Assembly: GCA_049325335.1 (NCBI GenBank)
Contig: JBMOMC010000007.1
Coordinates: forward strand, 362,398-426,397
From: Nitrospirota bacterium
GTDB lineage: Bacteria; Nitrospirota; Nitrospiria; 2-01-FULL-66-17
Length of the DNA: 64,000 bases
Direction of reading: 5' to 3'
The first letter of the stretch is position 1, and every line of letters starts with the position of its first letter. Positions 28,813 to 38,719 of the stretch are shown here, in pieces. The position numbers were made by a program, and so were the translations under genes. A model generated the notes under the pieces. It did not search any database and was not told the origin of the DNA. It saw nothing but the letters and a program-made list of their open reading frames with translations.

Positions 28813-29664
28813 CTAACGGAGTTCGGCGAGTTTTTCCTTGGCCAAGTTCGCCTCACTCGCCCGCGGAAACTCCTCCAACACCCGCTTGAGCGCAGCGCGC
28901 GCCTTGTTCTTGTCGCCGATCGCGGCAAACGCAAACCCTTGTTTCAACAACGCGCCGACCAACTTTTCGTTCTTGGGGAACTGCGTGATCAGCCGTTCGT
29001 ATTGCTCCACGGATTGGGGATACTGCTTGGTTTGATAATACGATTCACCCAACCAGTACACCGCGTGGGGCACCAGAATCGACGTGGGGTACTGCTTGAG
29101 AAACGTTTGGAAGCCCTGGATCGCCAGGTCGTAACTGCCCTTGATGAAATCGTTGTACGCCAGATTGTAGGCTTCAACCGGGCTCAGTCCGCTCAACGGG
29201 GTCCGCCCCGGAAGCACCACCCGCTCCTGGCCCGCCGGCGGCTCCGCGGGAGGCGTTCCGCCCTGGTCCGGCGGGGCGACCGCGCCCGAGACCCGCCGCT
29301 CCTGTTCAGCAAGCCGGGCATCGGTGGTATCTAAACGAGCGCCGAGCTGGTTGAGGCGAAACGACTGCTCGTCGAGCGCCGAGGCGGCTTCGCCCATCCG
29401 GTGCGCCTGTTCCTCCAATCGTCCCTGTACGGTTTGCAGATCAGCCGCAATTTGATCCAGCCGGACCACCAAGTCCACTTGGCTGCGCTGTCCGCTGGAA
29501 GAACGCTCTTGGAGCAGCTTGTCGAACACGCTCAATTGCTGCGTGATCCGGTCCACCTGCCCGCGCATGGTTTCCACCTCGGTCTGGACATCGACCAATG
29601 CGGCCTGGGTGGCGCAGCCGCCCACCCCGAGCGTCAGCGTGAGCGCAAGGCCCAGGAATCGCAC
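28813..29664 (-). CDS. cpoB: Tol-Pal system protein YbgF/CpoB
   Basis: Lipoprotein signal from GTG 29664 (…GGC), coiled coil, C-terminal TPRs (YWLGESYY); downstream of pal. Confidence 0.88.
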   Translation of the reverse strand: MRFLGLALTLTLGVGGCATQAALVDVQTEVETMRGQVDRITQQLSVFDKLLQERSSSGQRSQVDLVVRLDQIAADLQTVQGRLEEQAHRMGEAASALDEQSFRLNQLGARLDTTDARLAEQERRVSGAVAPPDQGGTPPAEPPAGQERVVLPGRTPLSGLSPVEAYNLAYNDFIKGSYDLAIQGFQTFLKQYPTSILVPHAVYWLGESYYQTKQYPQSVEQYERLITQFPKNEKLVGALLKQGFAFAAIGDKNKARAALKRVLEEFPRASEANLAKEKLAELR

Positions 29665-29707
29665 GCGCCCTGCGCGACGCGGACGGACCTCGGCCGGGCC
29701 GGCCGCG

Positions 29708-30253
29708 TTACCGAACGGCAAGGTGAGCCCGCCGGTTCTTCTGCCAGCACGACTCGCCATGCTCGCGACACGCCGGCTGCTCTTCGCCATGGCCTATCGT
29801 ACTCAGATTAGCGGCCGGCACGCCCAGCGCGATTAACATCCGCTTGACCGCTTGCGCCCGACGCTCACTCAACGCCACGTTGTATTCGTTGGTCCCGCGC
29901 TCGTCGGCATGGCCTTCGATTTTGACTTGCGCGCTCCCGCGGCTGAGCAACCACTTGGCGTTCTGCTCCAACACGGTGCGTCCCGCGGCGGTGACGTCGG
30001 ATTGGTCGAATTCAAAATACACGTCGGACAATCCGGCGGTCGGCTGAGCCGGCGACGCCGCGATGGGCCGCTCCTCCACCGCAGCCGGCGGCGCCACGTC
30101 TTCAACCGGCTGAGAAGACGACTCGGATCCCGCGCCTTGAACTCCCGCGGTCTGCACCGCGATTTGGGGCTTTTTGGGGCATCCGGAAAGCACAACGGCA
30201 CACACCGCCACGGTTGCGACGGTCCACCACCCTGCTGAACGTGACCACTCCAT
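29708..30253 (-). CDS. pal: Peptidoglycan-associated lipoprotein
   Basis: LSGC lipobox, VYFEFD, EGHADERGT.EYN..LSERRA, NRRA. Confidence 0.93.
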   Translation of the reverse strand: MEWSRSAGWWTVATVAVCAVVLSGCPKKPQIAVQTAGVQGAGSESSSQPVEDVAPPAAVEERPIAASPAQPTAGLSDVYFEFDQSDVTAAGRTVLEQNAKWLLSRGSAQVKIEGHADERGTNEYNVALSERRAQAVKRMLIALGVPAANLSTIGHGEEQPACREHGESCWQKNRRAHLAVR

Positions 30254-30431
30254 ATGACGCGCCTCCCTGTTTCGAAATCAGACGGCTGCCGCGCGCGCGG
30301 GGACTCGTCTCACCCGGTCATGCGTCGACACAAAACGGCGTTGAGAATACAAAGATCACGGGTAAAATGCAAGGCGCGTACGACTGGGCCTTGACCGCCC
30401 CACGCGCGGCGTGGTAGGCTCCCGCCGACCC

Positions 30432-31385
30432 ATGAAACATCTATTTTTGGGATACTCTCGGATCCTCGCTGCGCTCGCCTGTACGGCGGTCGGGCTGCCC
30501 GCAACGGCGCTCGACGCGCGGGCCGCCGCGCTCCAAGCCATCGCCCCGGACGTGTACGTATTCCCCGGGCCGGACGGCGACGCCAACGCCGGCGTAGTGA
30601 TCGGGGATCACGGCGTGGTGGTGATCGACTCCAGCCCGACGCCAGACACCGCGCGGGCGCTCAAAGCCGAAATCACGCGCCTCACCCCCAAACCGATCCT
30701 CTACGTGGTGTTCACTCACTTCCACGGAGATCATACGTTTTCGGTCCACGAACTGGCGCCCACCAAAGGCGTCATTTCGCACGTCTATACCAAGGATTAC
30801 CTGACCGAACACGGGGCCGAGCACCTCAAACAGTACCGGGCCCGCCTGGGCGAAGCCAGAACCCAAGGCGCGAAGGTCACATTACCCACGATCACGTTTC
30901 CGGACATGTACAGCATCCCGTTGGGCAAACACCATATTTTGCTCTTTTACCAAGGCCGCGGCCACACGCGCGGCGATATCGTGGCGTACGTCCCCACCGC
31001 GCACGCCCTCTTTACCGGAGACCTGGCGTATGCGGGTCGCATACCCTGGATGGGCGACGGGTACGCCAAAGAATGGCAGGAGACGCTTGACCGACTCGCG
31101 GTCCTGAACGTGACGCGAATCGTCCCCGGACACGGCACATGGGGCGGCATGCCGGTGCTCACTACCTTCCGCGAGTACCTCACCGACCTTTACTCCGCGG
31201 TGTTCGTGTCGTGGATGATCAAGCGGCCGATCGAAGCCGCCAAGAAGGAAGTGCTGCTCCCCAAATACGAGAGCTGGCTCAAGTACAACGAGTGGCTCCC
31301 CGCCAACGTGGAGAAAGTCTACCAGGAATTGGTCGCGGAATCCGAAGGCGCGCCCAGTTTCGAGACCATGCCGCCGGCGCAGTAA
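30432..31385 (+). CDS. Secreted MBL-fold metallo-hydrolase
   Basis: Signal peptide, THFHGDH, GHTRGD, FTGDL, VPGHG. Confidence 0.88.
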   Translation: MKHLFLGYSRILAALACTAVGLPATALDARAAALQAIAPDVYVFPGPDGDANAGVVIGDHGVVVIDSSPTPDTARALKAEITRLTPKPILYVVFTHFHGDHTFSVHELAPTKGVISHVYTKDYLTEHGAEHLKQYRARLGEARTQGAKVTLPTITFPDMYSIPLGKHHILLFYQGRGHTRGDIVAYVPTAHALFTGDLAYAGRIPWMGDGYAKEWQETLDRLAVLNVTRIVPGHGTWGGMPVLTTFREYLTDLYSAVFVSWMIKRPIEAAKKEVLLPKYESWLKYNEWLPANVEKVYQELVAESEGAPSFETMPPAQ

Positions 31386-31479
31386 CCCGGCGCTGTCACG
31401 CCGGCAACTCAATAATCGTCCGCATCGACGTCATCATATTCTGTGGTCAGAGAGACAGACATTGGCACTCGGCGGCATG

Positions 31480-31506
31480 GGAGGGCGCACGGCCGTGCGC
31501 CCCTAC
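31480..31506 (-). repeat. GTAG-type REP palindrome
   Basis: Minus strand GTAGGGGCGCACGGCCGTGCGCCCTCC between convergent genes. Confidence 0.75.
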
Positions 31507-31569
31507 ATCGGACGCCGGCCGTAGGCGCAACAATTTCCGACAGCACCTCGCGCGCACCCAATCGCTTGA

Positions 31570-32001
31570 CTAGTCGTCCTTGTGCCGATCCCGACCGTGC
31601 CCACGCTCGCCGCGGTCACGGTTCTTCTTGCCCTCATTCTCGAAATAGAACTTCCGAACCTGACCGGGTTTGATCTTCACCAGTTTTTTGGGAACGTGGC
31701 GATGTCCGACCACGACCCAAGGCCCGTCGTACGCATCGGCGTGGTACCACACGTTTGATCGGAACGTGTACCAGACGCCCCCCACCTCATAGACGTCGAA
31801 CTCCAAGTCGGGCGCGAACGAGATCCCGAACTCGGTCATGAACACCATGCGTGGTCGGGCCGCGATCACGACCGGCGCGGGAGCCACCACAACGGCACCG
31901 CCCCGCTTAGCGTGCCCGGGCGGGCCCACCGGGACCATGACACAGCCGCTCACTGCGGTGGCGAATCCGAGCCCAACTATGAACTTGATCGTATGGTTCA
32001 T
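31570..32001 (-). CDS. Small hypothetical lipoprotein with basic His/Arg-rich tail
   Basis: VSGC lipobox, aromatic beta-rich core (GVWY...WY..A..Y.GPW); ATGA overlap with the helicase. Confidence 0.7.
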   Translation of the reverse strand: MNHTIKFIVGLGFATAVSGCVMVPVGPPGHAKRGGAVVVAPAPVVIAARPRMVFMTEFGISFAPDLEFDVYEVGGVWYTFRSNVWYHADAYDGPWVVVGHRHVPKKLVKIKPGQVRKFYFENEGKKNRDRGERGHGRDRHKDD

Positions 32002-34013
32002 CCATCGCTCCCTTCGTGAGATAGAGACAACGTGTGCGTGGAAGATATTACCTGATCGGCCGGTGACAAGACATCTCCGTCCGACGAGAAGAACCGTTCC
32101 ACGTCGAGAAATGACGTGGTGAGCGGCGCGGGCGGTAACGAGTCCAGAAAAAATCGCCCGTACCGGTGCGTGAGCAACCGCCGGTCCAAGATCGCGATCA
32201 CGCCGCGGTCTCGTCGGCTGCGAATCAATCGCCCGAAGCCTTGCTTGAGCCAGATCGCGGCCGTGGGAAGCTGGTAGCTCGTGAACGGATCCAGTCCCTC
32301 GGCCTTGAGCGCGGCGGTCCGCGCCTCCACCACGGGATCGTCGGGCGGAGCAAACGGCAGTTTGTCGAGCACCACGCACGAGAGCGCGTCGCCCGGCACG
32401 TCGATCCCCTGCCAAAATCCCATGGTCGCAAACAGGACGGACGGTTCGGCCTTGAAGCGCTGGATCAAGGCCATGCGCGGCGCCTCGCCCTGGCGGAGCA
32501 CGGGATAGCCCATCCGGCGGCGGCAGGAGTCGGACACGCGCTCGAGCATCCGGCGGCTGGTGAACAGGATAAACGCGCGGCCGCGGCTGGCCGAGACCAC
32601 CCTGACGACTTCCTCCGCGACCGCGTCGACGAAGTCGGGATCGCGCGGGAGCGGAAACGCCTCCGGCACGTACAACAGGGATTGCGTTCGAAAGTCGAAC
32701 GGCGAGGCGAGCGCGCGTTCGTCGGCGTGGTCGATCCCCAACCGGCTCCGCACGTACTCGAACGATCCTCCGGCGGTGAGCGTGGCGGAGGTCAACACGC
32801 AGGGCGCGCCCCCTGAAAACAGCGTCTCACGCAGAATGGCCGAGACGTCCAACGGCGACGCCGAAAGGCGCACCGACGCGCCGTTGACTTCGATCCAAAA
32901 CACGAACGCCGGGTCTTCGGCGCGCCACAGAAAGCGGGCGTCGCGCGCCAATGCGCCCACGCGCTCGGCAAGGCGCGCCCACCCGTCGCTGCGGCCGCTC
33001 ACACCGTCGAGCATGTCCCTGAATTCGGCCAACCGCGCCAACATATCGAGCCCGGCCCCGGCCGCGCGTTCCGCATGGTCCGGCATCCAGCGCGCGCGGG
33101 GACCGGCATCCGACCCGGCCGCGGCACGCAGGGCGTCGAACGCGCGGTCGGCCGCGGCGTGAACGCGATCCACCGTTCCGTGGAACGCGGTCGATGGCGC
33201 GTCGTCCGGCAAGGGCTCGCGCCGGATATCCGCAAGCAGATCGCGCACGCGGTGTCTCGACACGCTCACGCCCCAGTGCGCGGTGGCCACGTCCTCGATC
33301 ACGTGCGCCTCGTCGAAAATCACCGCGGCGTGACGGGGCACGATGGACCCCGACGCGTGCGGACCGGCCGCAAGATCCGCGAAAAACAACGCGTGGTTGA
33401 CGATGACCAGATCCGCGCGAGCGGCGCGGCGCTTGATTGTGGTCAGAAAACACGGCTCGTAGCGTGGACAGCTCGCGCCCAGGCATTGCTCGGCCGTCAC
33501 GGATACGCGCGCCCACAACGGGTCATCGTCCCCCAGCCACTCCAGTTCCGCGCGATCCCCGGTGTGGGTCTCCACGGCCCACGCGCGGATCGCGTCCACC
33601 GCGGGGTCGGATGGAGACGATCGACCGGCTGGGCCTGCCGCGTCTTCCAGGCGATACAGGCAGACGTAGTTCTCCCGCCCCTTGAGCACGCACCAATCCA
33701 CCGCGCGGCCGAGTACGCGTTCAACCAGCGGCACGTCGTGGCCCGCGAGTTGATCCTGCAACGCCCGCGTTCCGGTGGAGACGACGACCTTTTTCCCGCT
33801 GAGAACCGCTGGGATCAGATACGCCAACGTCTTGCCCGTTCCGGTCCCGGCTTCAACCAACAGGGTGCGGTCGCTGGCCAGTGCATTGCTTACGGCACGG
33901 GCCATCGCGATCTGCTGGGGACGCGGTTCAAAACCGGGCAACGCCTGCGCCAGTGGGCCGTTGCTCCCCCACACGCGCTCGACCCCGGCGTCCAGGCGGT
34001 CAGCGTCCGGCAT
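31998..34013 (-). CDS. ATP-dependent DNA helicase, DinG/YoaA family (Fe-S)
   Basis: EAGTGTGKT, KGRENYVC, C....C....C cluster, DEAH, SATL, QGFGRLIR. Confidence 0.93.
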   Translation of the reverse strand: MPDADRLDAGVERVWGSNGPLAQALPGFEPRPQQIAMARAVSNALASDRTLLVEAGTGTGKTLAYLIPAVLSGKKVVVSTGTRALQDQLAGHDVPLVERVLGRAVDWCVLKGRENYVCLYRLEDAAGPAGRSSPSDPAVDAIRAWAVETHTGDRAELEWLGDDDPLWARVSVTAEQCLGASCPRYEPCFLTTIKRRAARADLVIVNHALFFADLAAGPHASGSIVPRHAAVIFDEAHVIEDVATAHWGVSVSRHRVRDLLADIRREPLPDDAPSTAFHGTVDRVHAAADRAFDALRAAAGSDAGPRARWMPDHAERAAGAGLDMLARLAEFRDMLDGVSGRSDGWARLAERVGALARDARFLWRAEDPAFVFWIEVNGASVRLSASPLDVSAILRETLFSGGAPCVLTSATLTAGGSFEYVRSRLGIDHADERALASPFDFRTQSLLYVPEAFPLPRDPDFVDAVAEEVVRVVSASRGRAFILFTSRRMLERVSDSCRRRMGYPVLRQGEAPRMALIQRFKAEPSVLFATMGFWQGIDVPGDALSCVVLDKLPFAPPDDPVVEARTAALKAEGLDPFTSYQLPTAAIWLKQGFGRLIRSRRDRGVIAILDRRLLTHRYGRFFLDSLPPAPLTTSFLDVERFFSSDGDVLSPADQVISSTHTLSLSHEGSDG

Positions 34014-34136
34014 TGCTTCGCCATGTGAAGGGAGGCCTTCGGCTCATTAGCAGCGCAGACAGCGCGCAGTGCACATTGACACGAATGGGTGGCACGATAT
34101 CTTTAGCCCATTGCATTATTTTCACGGGGGAGCGCC

Positions 34137-34421
34137 ATGTCCGACGTGCAGTTACAGGGGAAAAGCCTCGCGGCGATCGCTCGCGACATCGCCGACGGGA
34201 TGATCTCCTTGACGCCGCTGCTGCTCAAACGCATGGACGAAGGCGGCGTGCGCGCACTGCACCACCAACTCAGACGACACCAAACCGAAGTGCGCGGCTC
34301 GAAGTTTCCGGCTCACGACATCAATGGGATCCGAGCCCGCAACCTGCGGCTTCAGCGTCTGCACCAAGCAGTCACGGTGTTGGAACATTCGGCCCGGCAA
34401 TTGAGAATTCGCATCGCGTAA
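34137..34421 (+). CDS. Small hypothetical helical protein
   Basis: GGGGAG RBS, clean 94-aa ORF in an intergenic gap. Confidence 0.65.
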   Translation: MSDVQLQGKSLAAIARDIADGMISLTPLLLKRMDEGGVRALHHQLRRHQTEVRGSKFPAHDINGIRARNLRLQRLHQAVTVLEHSARQLRIRIA

Positions 34422-34427
34422 GCGCCG

Positions 34428-35093
34428 TCATCCGGCGGAGGGCGCAACCAACGCCACAAACGGCTCCACCCGTTCCTTCTTTTTCAAGATGTCGGCGACT
34501 TTGAGCGCGTCGTCGCGCGTGGCGAACGATCCGACCCGCACCCGGTAACGCACCCCGGAATCCGGCAACACCACGCGGTTGACCGATACCGTGTACTGAT
34601 AACGCCTGACCTTCGTGGCCAGGCGTTCGGCCGACTTTCGATCCTGGAACGATCCGACTTGCACGGTGTATGCCTTGCGTGTGGCCGTCCCCTTGCGATC
34701 GGCCGTCTTCGCGGACGGCGTCGCGCGTGGAGGCGGGACGGATGCCGGGGGCGGTTCGAGTTTGGGTTCCGACTCGGTCGTAGTGCCCAACGACTTATAA
34801 AACGTGAATTCCTGAGGCTTGTACGGCGCCTCGGCCGAGGTCGCGCCGTTGGCCGGAGGCTTGGACGCCGTGGACGCGGATTTGGAACCGATCACGACCC
34901 GCCCCCCGCCCGTCATCCCGGCGTCCTCAGACGGCGCGTCCGCGGTCGGCTCGGCCAGCCACCGCTCCACGAGTGAGAAGCTCGCCACCCCGATCACGAC
35001 CAACAACGCGACGATCGCCAGATAGGGTTTCAGCGAGGGACTGCCCGCGGTCCGCTTGGACCCGACGCGCGATTTGGCGTGAGCGTCGGCCAT
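34428..35093 (-). CDS. SPOR-domain cell-division protein (FtsN/DedD-like)
   Basis: TM, FTFYKSL motif, YTVQVGSF...YRVRVGSF SPOR domain. Confidence 0.88.
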   Translation of the reverse strand: MADAHAKSRVGSKRTAGSPSLKPYLAIVALLVVIGVASFSLVERWLAEPTADAPSEDAGMTGGGRVVIGSKSASTASKPPANGATSAEAPYKPQEFTFYKSLGTTTESEPKLEPPPASVPPPRATPSAKTADRKGTATRKAYTVQVGSFQDRKSAERLATKVRRYQYTVSVNRVVLPDSGVRYRVRVGSFATRDDALKVADILKKKERVEPFVALVAPSAG

Positions 35094-36172
35094 TAGAGAA
35101 TTAACATCGCGTCGCCGTAACTGTAGAAACGGTACCCTTCGGCCGCGGCCTCGCGGTACAGCTCCAACAAGACCGAGCGCCCGCACAACGCGGCGGCCAG
35201 CAGGAGCGGGGTTGACCGCGGGAGATGGAAGTTCGTCAACAAGGCGTCCACCACCCGCCAGTGATGACCCGGGCGGATAAACAGGTCGGTCTCGCCCTGA
35301 AACGGACGCAACGCGCCGTCCGCCGCGGCCGTTTCCAACACGCGCGTGGCCGTGGTGCCGACCGCGATCACCCGCCCCCCGGCCTGCCGCGCACGGTTCA
35401 CCACGGCCGAGGTCTCGGCCGAGACCTCGCCCCACTCCCCGGCCATCCGGTGGTCCTCCACACGGTCCGATCGGACCGGCTCGAAGGTTCCGGGTCCGAC
35501 GTGGAGCGTGACCGCGGCCCGGCGCACCCCGCGGCGCGCGAGTCCGTCGAATACCGAGTCGGTAAAGTGCAATCCCGCGGTGGGCGCGGCCACGGATCCG
35601 TTCGCCCGCGCGTACACGGTCTGATACCGGGCGCGATCTTCGACCCACCCGGCGTCGGTCCCGCGGGCCTTGGCGATATACGGAGGGAGCGGCACCCGCC
35701 CGACACGCTCCAGCCAGGCCGGGTCATCGGGCGTGACTCGCACGCGCACCCGCCCGTGGACATCGGGTTCCAGAATTTCGCCCTCGCCGCCTTCGGCGAA
35801 CTCAAGCCGTTGCCCCGGCCGGACCTTGCCTCGCGCCAGCACGCTCCACACGCCGGGCGCTTCGCGGCGAACCAACAACAATTCCAGACGCCCGCCGCTC
35901 GGCGTCTTGAGCCCGTCGAGACGAGCGGGAATGACGCGCGAATCGTTCACGACCAGGACGTCTCCGGCGACGCCGTATTCGGGCAGGTCGCGAAAACGGC
36001 GGTGCTCCACGCGGGCCGCGCGTCGATCGTACACCAACAAGCGCGAGGCATCCCTGACCGGAGCGGGATGTTCGGCGATCACCGCCCACGCCTCGGGGTA
36101 ATCAAACGCCTCGACACGCTCGTCGAGACCGGTCCCGTCCATGGGTTCAGCGAGACGTTCCTGAGACGACAT
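35093..36172 (-). CDS. queA: S-adenosylmethionine:tRNA ribosyltransferase-isomerase
   Basis: VNDSRVIPARL, PLPPYI, YQTVYA, AAPTAGLHF, TNFHLP, YSYGDAM. Confidence 0.96.
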   Translation of the reverse strand: MSSQERLAEPMDGTGLDERVEAFDYPEAWAVIAEHPAPVRDASRLLVYDRRAARVEHRRFRDLPEYGVAGDVLVVNDSRVIPARLDGLKTPSGGRLELLLVRREAPGVWSVLARGKVRPGQRLEFAEGGEGEILEPDVHGRVRVRVTPDDPAWLERVGRVPLPPYIAKARGTDAGWVEDRARYQTVYARANGSVAAPTAGLHFTDSVFDGLARRGVRRAAVTLHVGPGTFEPVRSDRVEDHRMAGEWGEVSAETSAVVNRARQAGGRVIAVGTTATRVLETAAADGALRPFQGETDLFIRPGHHWRVVDALLTNFHLPRSTPLLLAAALCGRSVLLELYREAAAEGYRFYSYGDAMLIL

Positions 36173-37280
36173 CGATCACGGTTCCGGGATAGTAGTAGGC
36201 GATGATCCGTTCCGCGGCCCAACCGCGCTCGGCGAGCGCTTTCATCCCCCACTGACAGAGTCCGACGCCGTGGCCCCACCCGCCGCCCTCGAACCAGGCT
36301 TCGACGCGTCGGGACTCGGGGTTGACCGTGAACGCCGTGACGTCAAAGCGCATGCTGGGCAACCGCTGGTAGCCGATTATACGGCGCAGATCTTCGCCCT
36401 TCAAGACGAGGGACCCGCCCGCGTGCAACAGACGGATCGACGACACCCGTCCCGATCGGTTGCGCGCGGCGGGGGTCATCGACGCGATCGGACCGACCAG
36501 ATACCCCGCGCGGTCCAACGCGGCTTCGATTTCGTCGAGCGGAATCCGGCGGGTCCATTGCGCGGCGGGTGATTCCGAATCGAACGAACAGTCCACCCCT
36601 TTGAGGTACGGCTGGTCCACGCCCCAGATCTCCGTCGCGTCCTCGGTCCGGCCCGCGGACGTGGAGTGATACGGGGTGAACGCCAGTCGGCCGCCGAATG
36701 AGACCACGCGGCCGGCCGTGGCCCGAACCGCTTCCGATGCGCGGCCGTCCTCGCTCGGCACCCCGCCGTACACCTGGCTCCGCACCGTGGCGTCGACGTC
36801 GAAATCAGCACCGGCGCGTTCGGCTTTCTTGTACAACACGTACGTGCGCGCCAGGATCGCCTGCGCCTTCAACGCTTCCATCGGCCAGTCCGACGGCACC
36901 TCCGACGGCACCACGCCGCGGACGTAGTCCTCCACTCGCAACTCGTTGACCACGAAGACGCGGCGATCCCGCACCGTGATCACCAGATCGCCGCGCACCA
37001 ACGCGCCGTCCACGCTCAAGAACGCCGCGGCGCCCGCAAGCCGCAGCGGCGGCCGGACCACCCGGCCATTCACCTGGAGCCGTTGGCCCGTGAGCCGGAT
37101 CGTGAGCGGGCCCGAGAGCGTCGCGGTCCATCCCCGCGCCGCGGCGCGAAGGGGACCCGAGCTGCCCACCGTGACATCGCGGTGCGCCGCAACCAACGCG
37201 ACCCGGATCCGCTCCTCCGCCGCGCCCACCCCCGCCGGAACCGCCCCGAGAGCGATTATGACGAGCAGCAGCGCCCGCAT
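36147..37280 (-). CDS. SpoIID/LytB-domain peptidoglycan lytic transglycosylase
   Basis: EDYVRGVVPSE, EALKAQAILARTY, SQVYGG, GWGHGVGLCQWG, YYYPG. Confidence 0.92.
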   Translation of the reverse strand: MRALLLVIIALGAVPAGVGAAEERIRVALVAAHRDVTVGSSGPLRAAARGWTATLSGPLTIRLTGQRLQVNGRVVRPPLRLAGAAAFLSVDGALVRGDLVITVRDRRVFVVNELRVEDYVRGVVPSEVPSDWPMEALKAQAILARTYVLYKKAERAGADFDVDATVRSQVYGGVPSEDGRASEAVRATAGRVVSFGGRLAFTPYHSTSAGRTEDATEIWGVDQPYLKGVDCSFDSESPAAQWTRRIPLDEIEAALDRAGYLVGPIASMTPAARNRSGRVSSIRLLHAGGSLVLKGEDLRRIIGYQRLPSMRFDVTAFTVNPESRRVEAWFEGGGWGHGVGLCQWGMKALAERGWAAERIIAYYYPGTVIDVVSGTSR

Positions 37281-37300
37281 GGCGGCCGACGCGGGCCCTC

Positions 37301-37531
37301 TCACCGTCTGCCGAATAACCACAGGAGGATCGTGAGCACCACGCTCAGCAACAGACTGGTGACGATCGGGAAATAGAAGCGGACATGGTCGCGTTCGATC
37401 GCGATATCGCCGGGCAGACGGCCCACCCACGACAGCCACGTTGGACCTCGGCTTCCGGACCAGACCCACGCGCCGATCAGGACCAACAAGACGCCGAGAA
37501 ACATCAGCGCCTTCCCCACCAAGGCGGACAT
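37301..37531 (-). CDS. DUF2905 small membrane protein
   Basis: GRLPGDI...FYFPIVTSLLLS. Confidence 0.88.
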   Translation of the reverse strand: MSALVGKALMFLGVLLVLIGAWVWSGSRGPTWLSWVGRLPGDIAIERDHVRFYFPIVTSLLLSVVLTILLWLFGRR

Positions 37532-37537
37532 GAGGGA

Positions 37538-38467
37538 TTAGGAGGCGGAAACGGCCAGCATGCGGTCCAGCGCGCGCTTGGCGCGGACGCGGATCTCCTC
37601 CGGCACGGACACCACGTACCGGAGATCTTCGAGCGACCACAGAATTTTTTCGAGCGTGTTCACCCGCATGTGAGAACAGTCGCACCACTGGCACGAGGCG
37701 AACACGCGCTTCTCCGGGTTCTCCTTCTGTATCCGATGGAGAATCCCCACCTCGGTGGCGATGATGACCTCGGGGGCCATTGACGCGGTCACGGCCCGGC
37801 ACATGCCGCTGGTAGACAACACGCGATCGCCCAACTCGCGAACGTCCGCCGGACACTCCGGGTGGACGAGGACTTCAGCCGCCGGGTGCGCGGCTTTCAT
37901 GGCCACGAGATCGGACGCCATGATGCGATAGTGCACGGGGCAGTAGCCGTTGTACAGGATCAACTTTCGGCCGGTTTGTTTGGCGACATAGTCGCCGAGG
38001 AACTGATCCGGGATGAAGATAATGTCGCGCTCGCGGGGAATGTTGTTGACCACGCCCACTGCGTTCGCGGACGTGCAGCAATAGTCGCTCTCGGCCTTGA
38101 TCGCGGCCGTGCTGTTCACGTAGCAGACCACCGCGGCGCCCGGATGCTGCGCCTTGAGGGCTTGGAGCTGCTCAACCGTGATCATGTCCGCCATCGAGCA
38201 CCCAGCGTCCGGATCAGGCAACACCACGGTCTTGTCGGGGTTGAGAATCGCCGCGGTTTCGGCCATGAAGTGCACGCCGCAAAACACGATCACCTTGGCC
38301 GGCATGGACACCGCCATGCGCGAGAGTTCCAACGAATCGCCGACAAAATCCGCAACATCCTGGATTTCGCCGATCTGATAATTGTGCGCGAGGATGACCG
38401 CCTGGCGCTCGGATTTGAGCCGCTGAATACGGGCGACCAACTGCTCGGTTGCGGAGAGAGTCGGCAT
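37538..38467 (-). CDS. nadA: Quinolinate synthase
   Basis: ILAHNYQ, FCGVHFMAETA, GCSMA, YVNS, CPVH, HPEC, C..M. Confidence 0.95.
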   Translation of the reverse strand: MPTLSATEQLVARIQRLKSERQAVILAHNYQIGEIQDVADFVGDSLELSRMAVSMPAKVIVFCGVHFMAETAAILNPDKTVVLPDPDAGCSMADMITVEQLQALKAQHPGAAVVCYVNSTAAIKAESDYCCTSANAVGVVNNIPRERDIIFIPDQFLGDYVAKQTGRKLILYNGYCPVHYRIMASDLVAMKAAHPAAEVLVHPECPADVRELGDRVLSTSGMCRAVTASMAPEVIIATEVGILHRIQKENPEKRVFASCQWCDCSHMRVNTLEKILWSLEDLRYVVSVPEEIRVRAKRALDRMLAVSAS

Positions 38468-38537
38468 GTGGGGGATCTTATCACAGACCGATATGTCGAG
38501 GCGAGGTACCGTCCCATCCCCCCCCCGATGGAGGTCT

Positions 38538-38612
38538 TTCGACAAGCTCAGGACGAACGGGTGACACGCTGAATCTCCCCCAATATTCCGTTCGTGGTGA
38601 GCCAGTCGAACC
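38538..38612. repeat. Inverted pair of TTCGACAAGCTCAG-type REP-like repeats
   Basis: TTCGACAAGCTCAGGACGAACGG (38538-60) ... CCGTTCGTGGTGAGCCAGTCGAACC (38588-612). Confidence 0.75.
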
Positions 38613-38719
38613 GCGCTCAAGATGTTTCCAATCCCCCGATTACGAGTCCTTTGCAAACACCCCTGAAATCCGTTATCGTGGCGGCGTTCCATCCCACCGA
38701 ACGACATCAGGAGAGGATC

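Noticed and set aside
29665..29790. Long N-terminal extension of cpoB in the ORF track (likewise nadA 38468-38707, prsR 13593-13949, spoIID 37281-37856)
   Set aside because: Overlaps upstream genes or repeats; downstream starts give proper signal peptides or family N-termini
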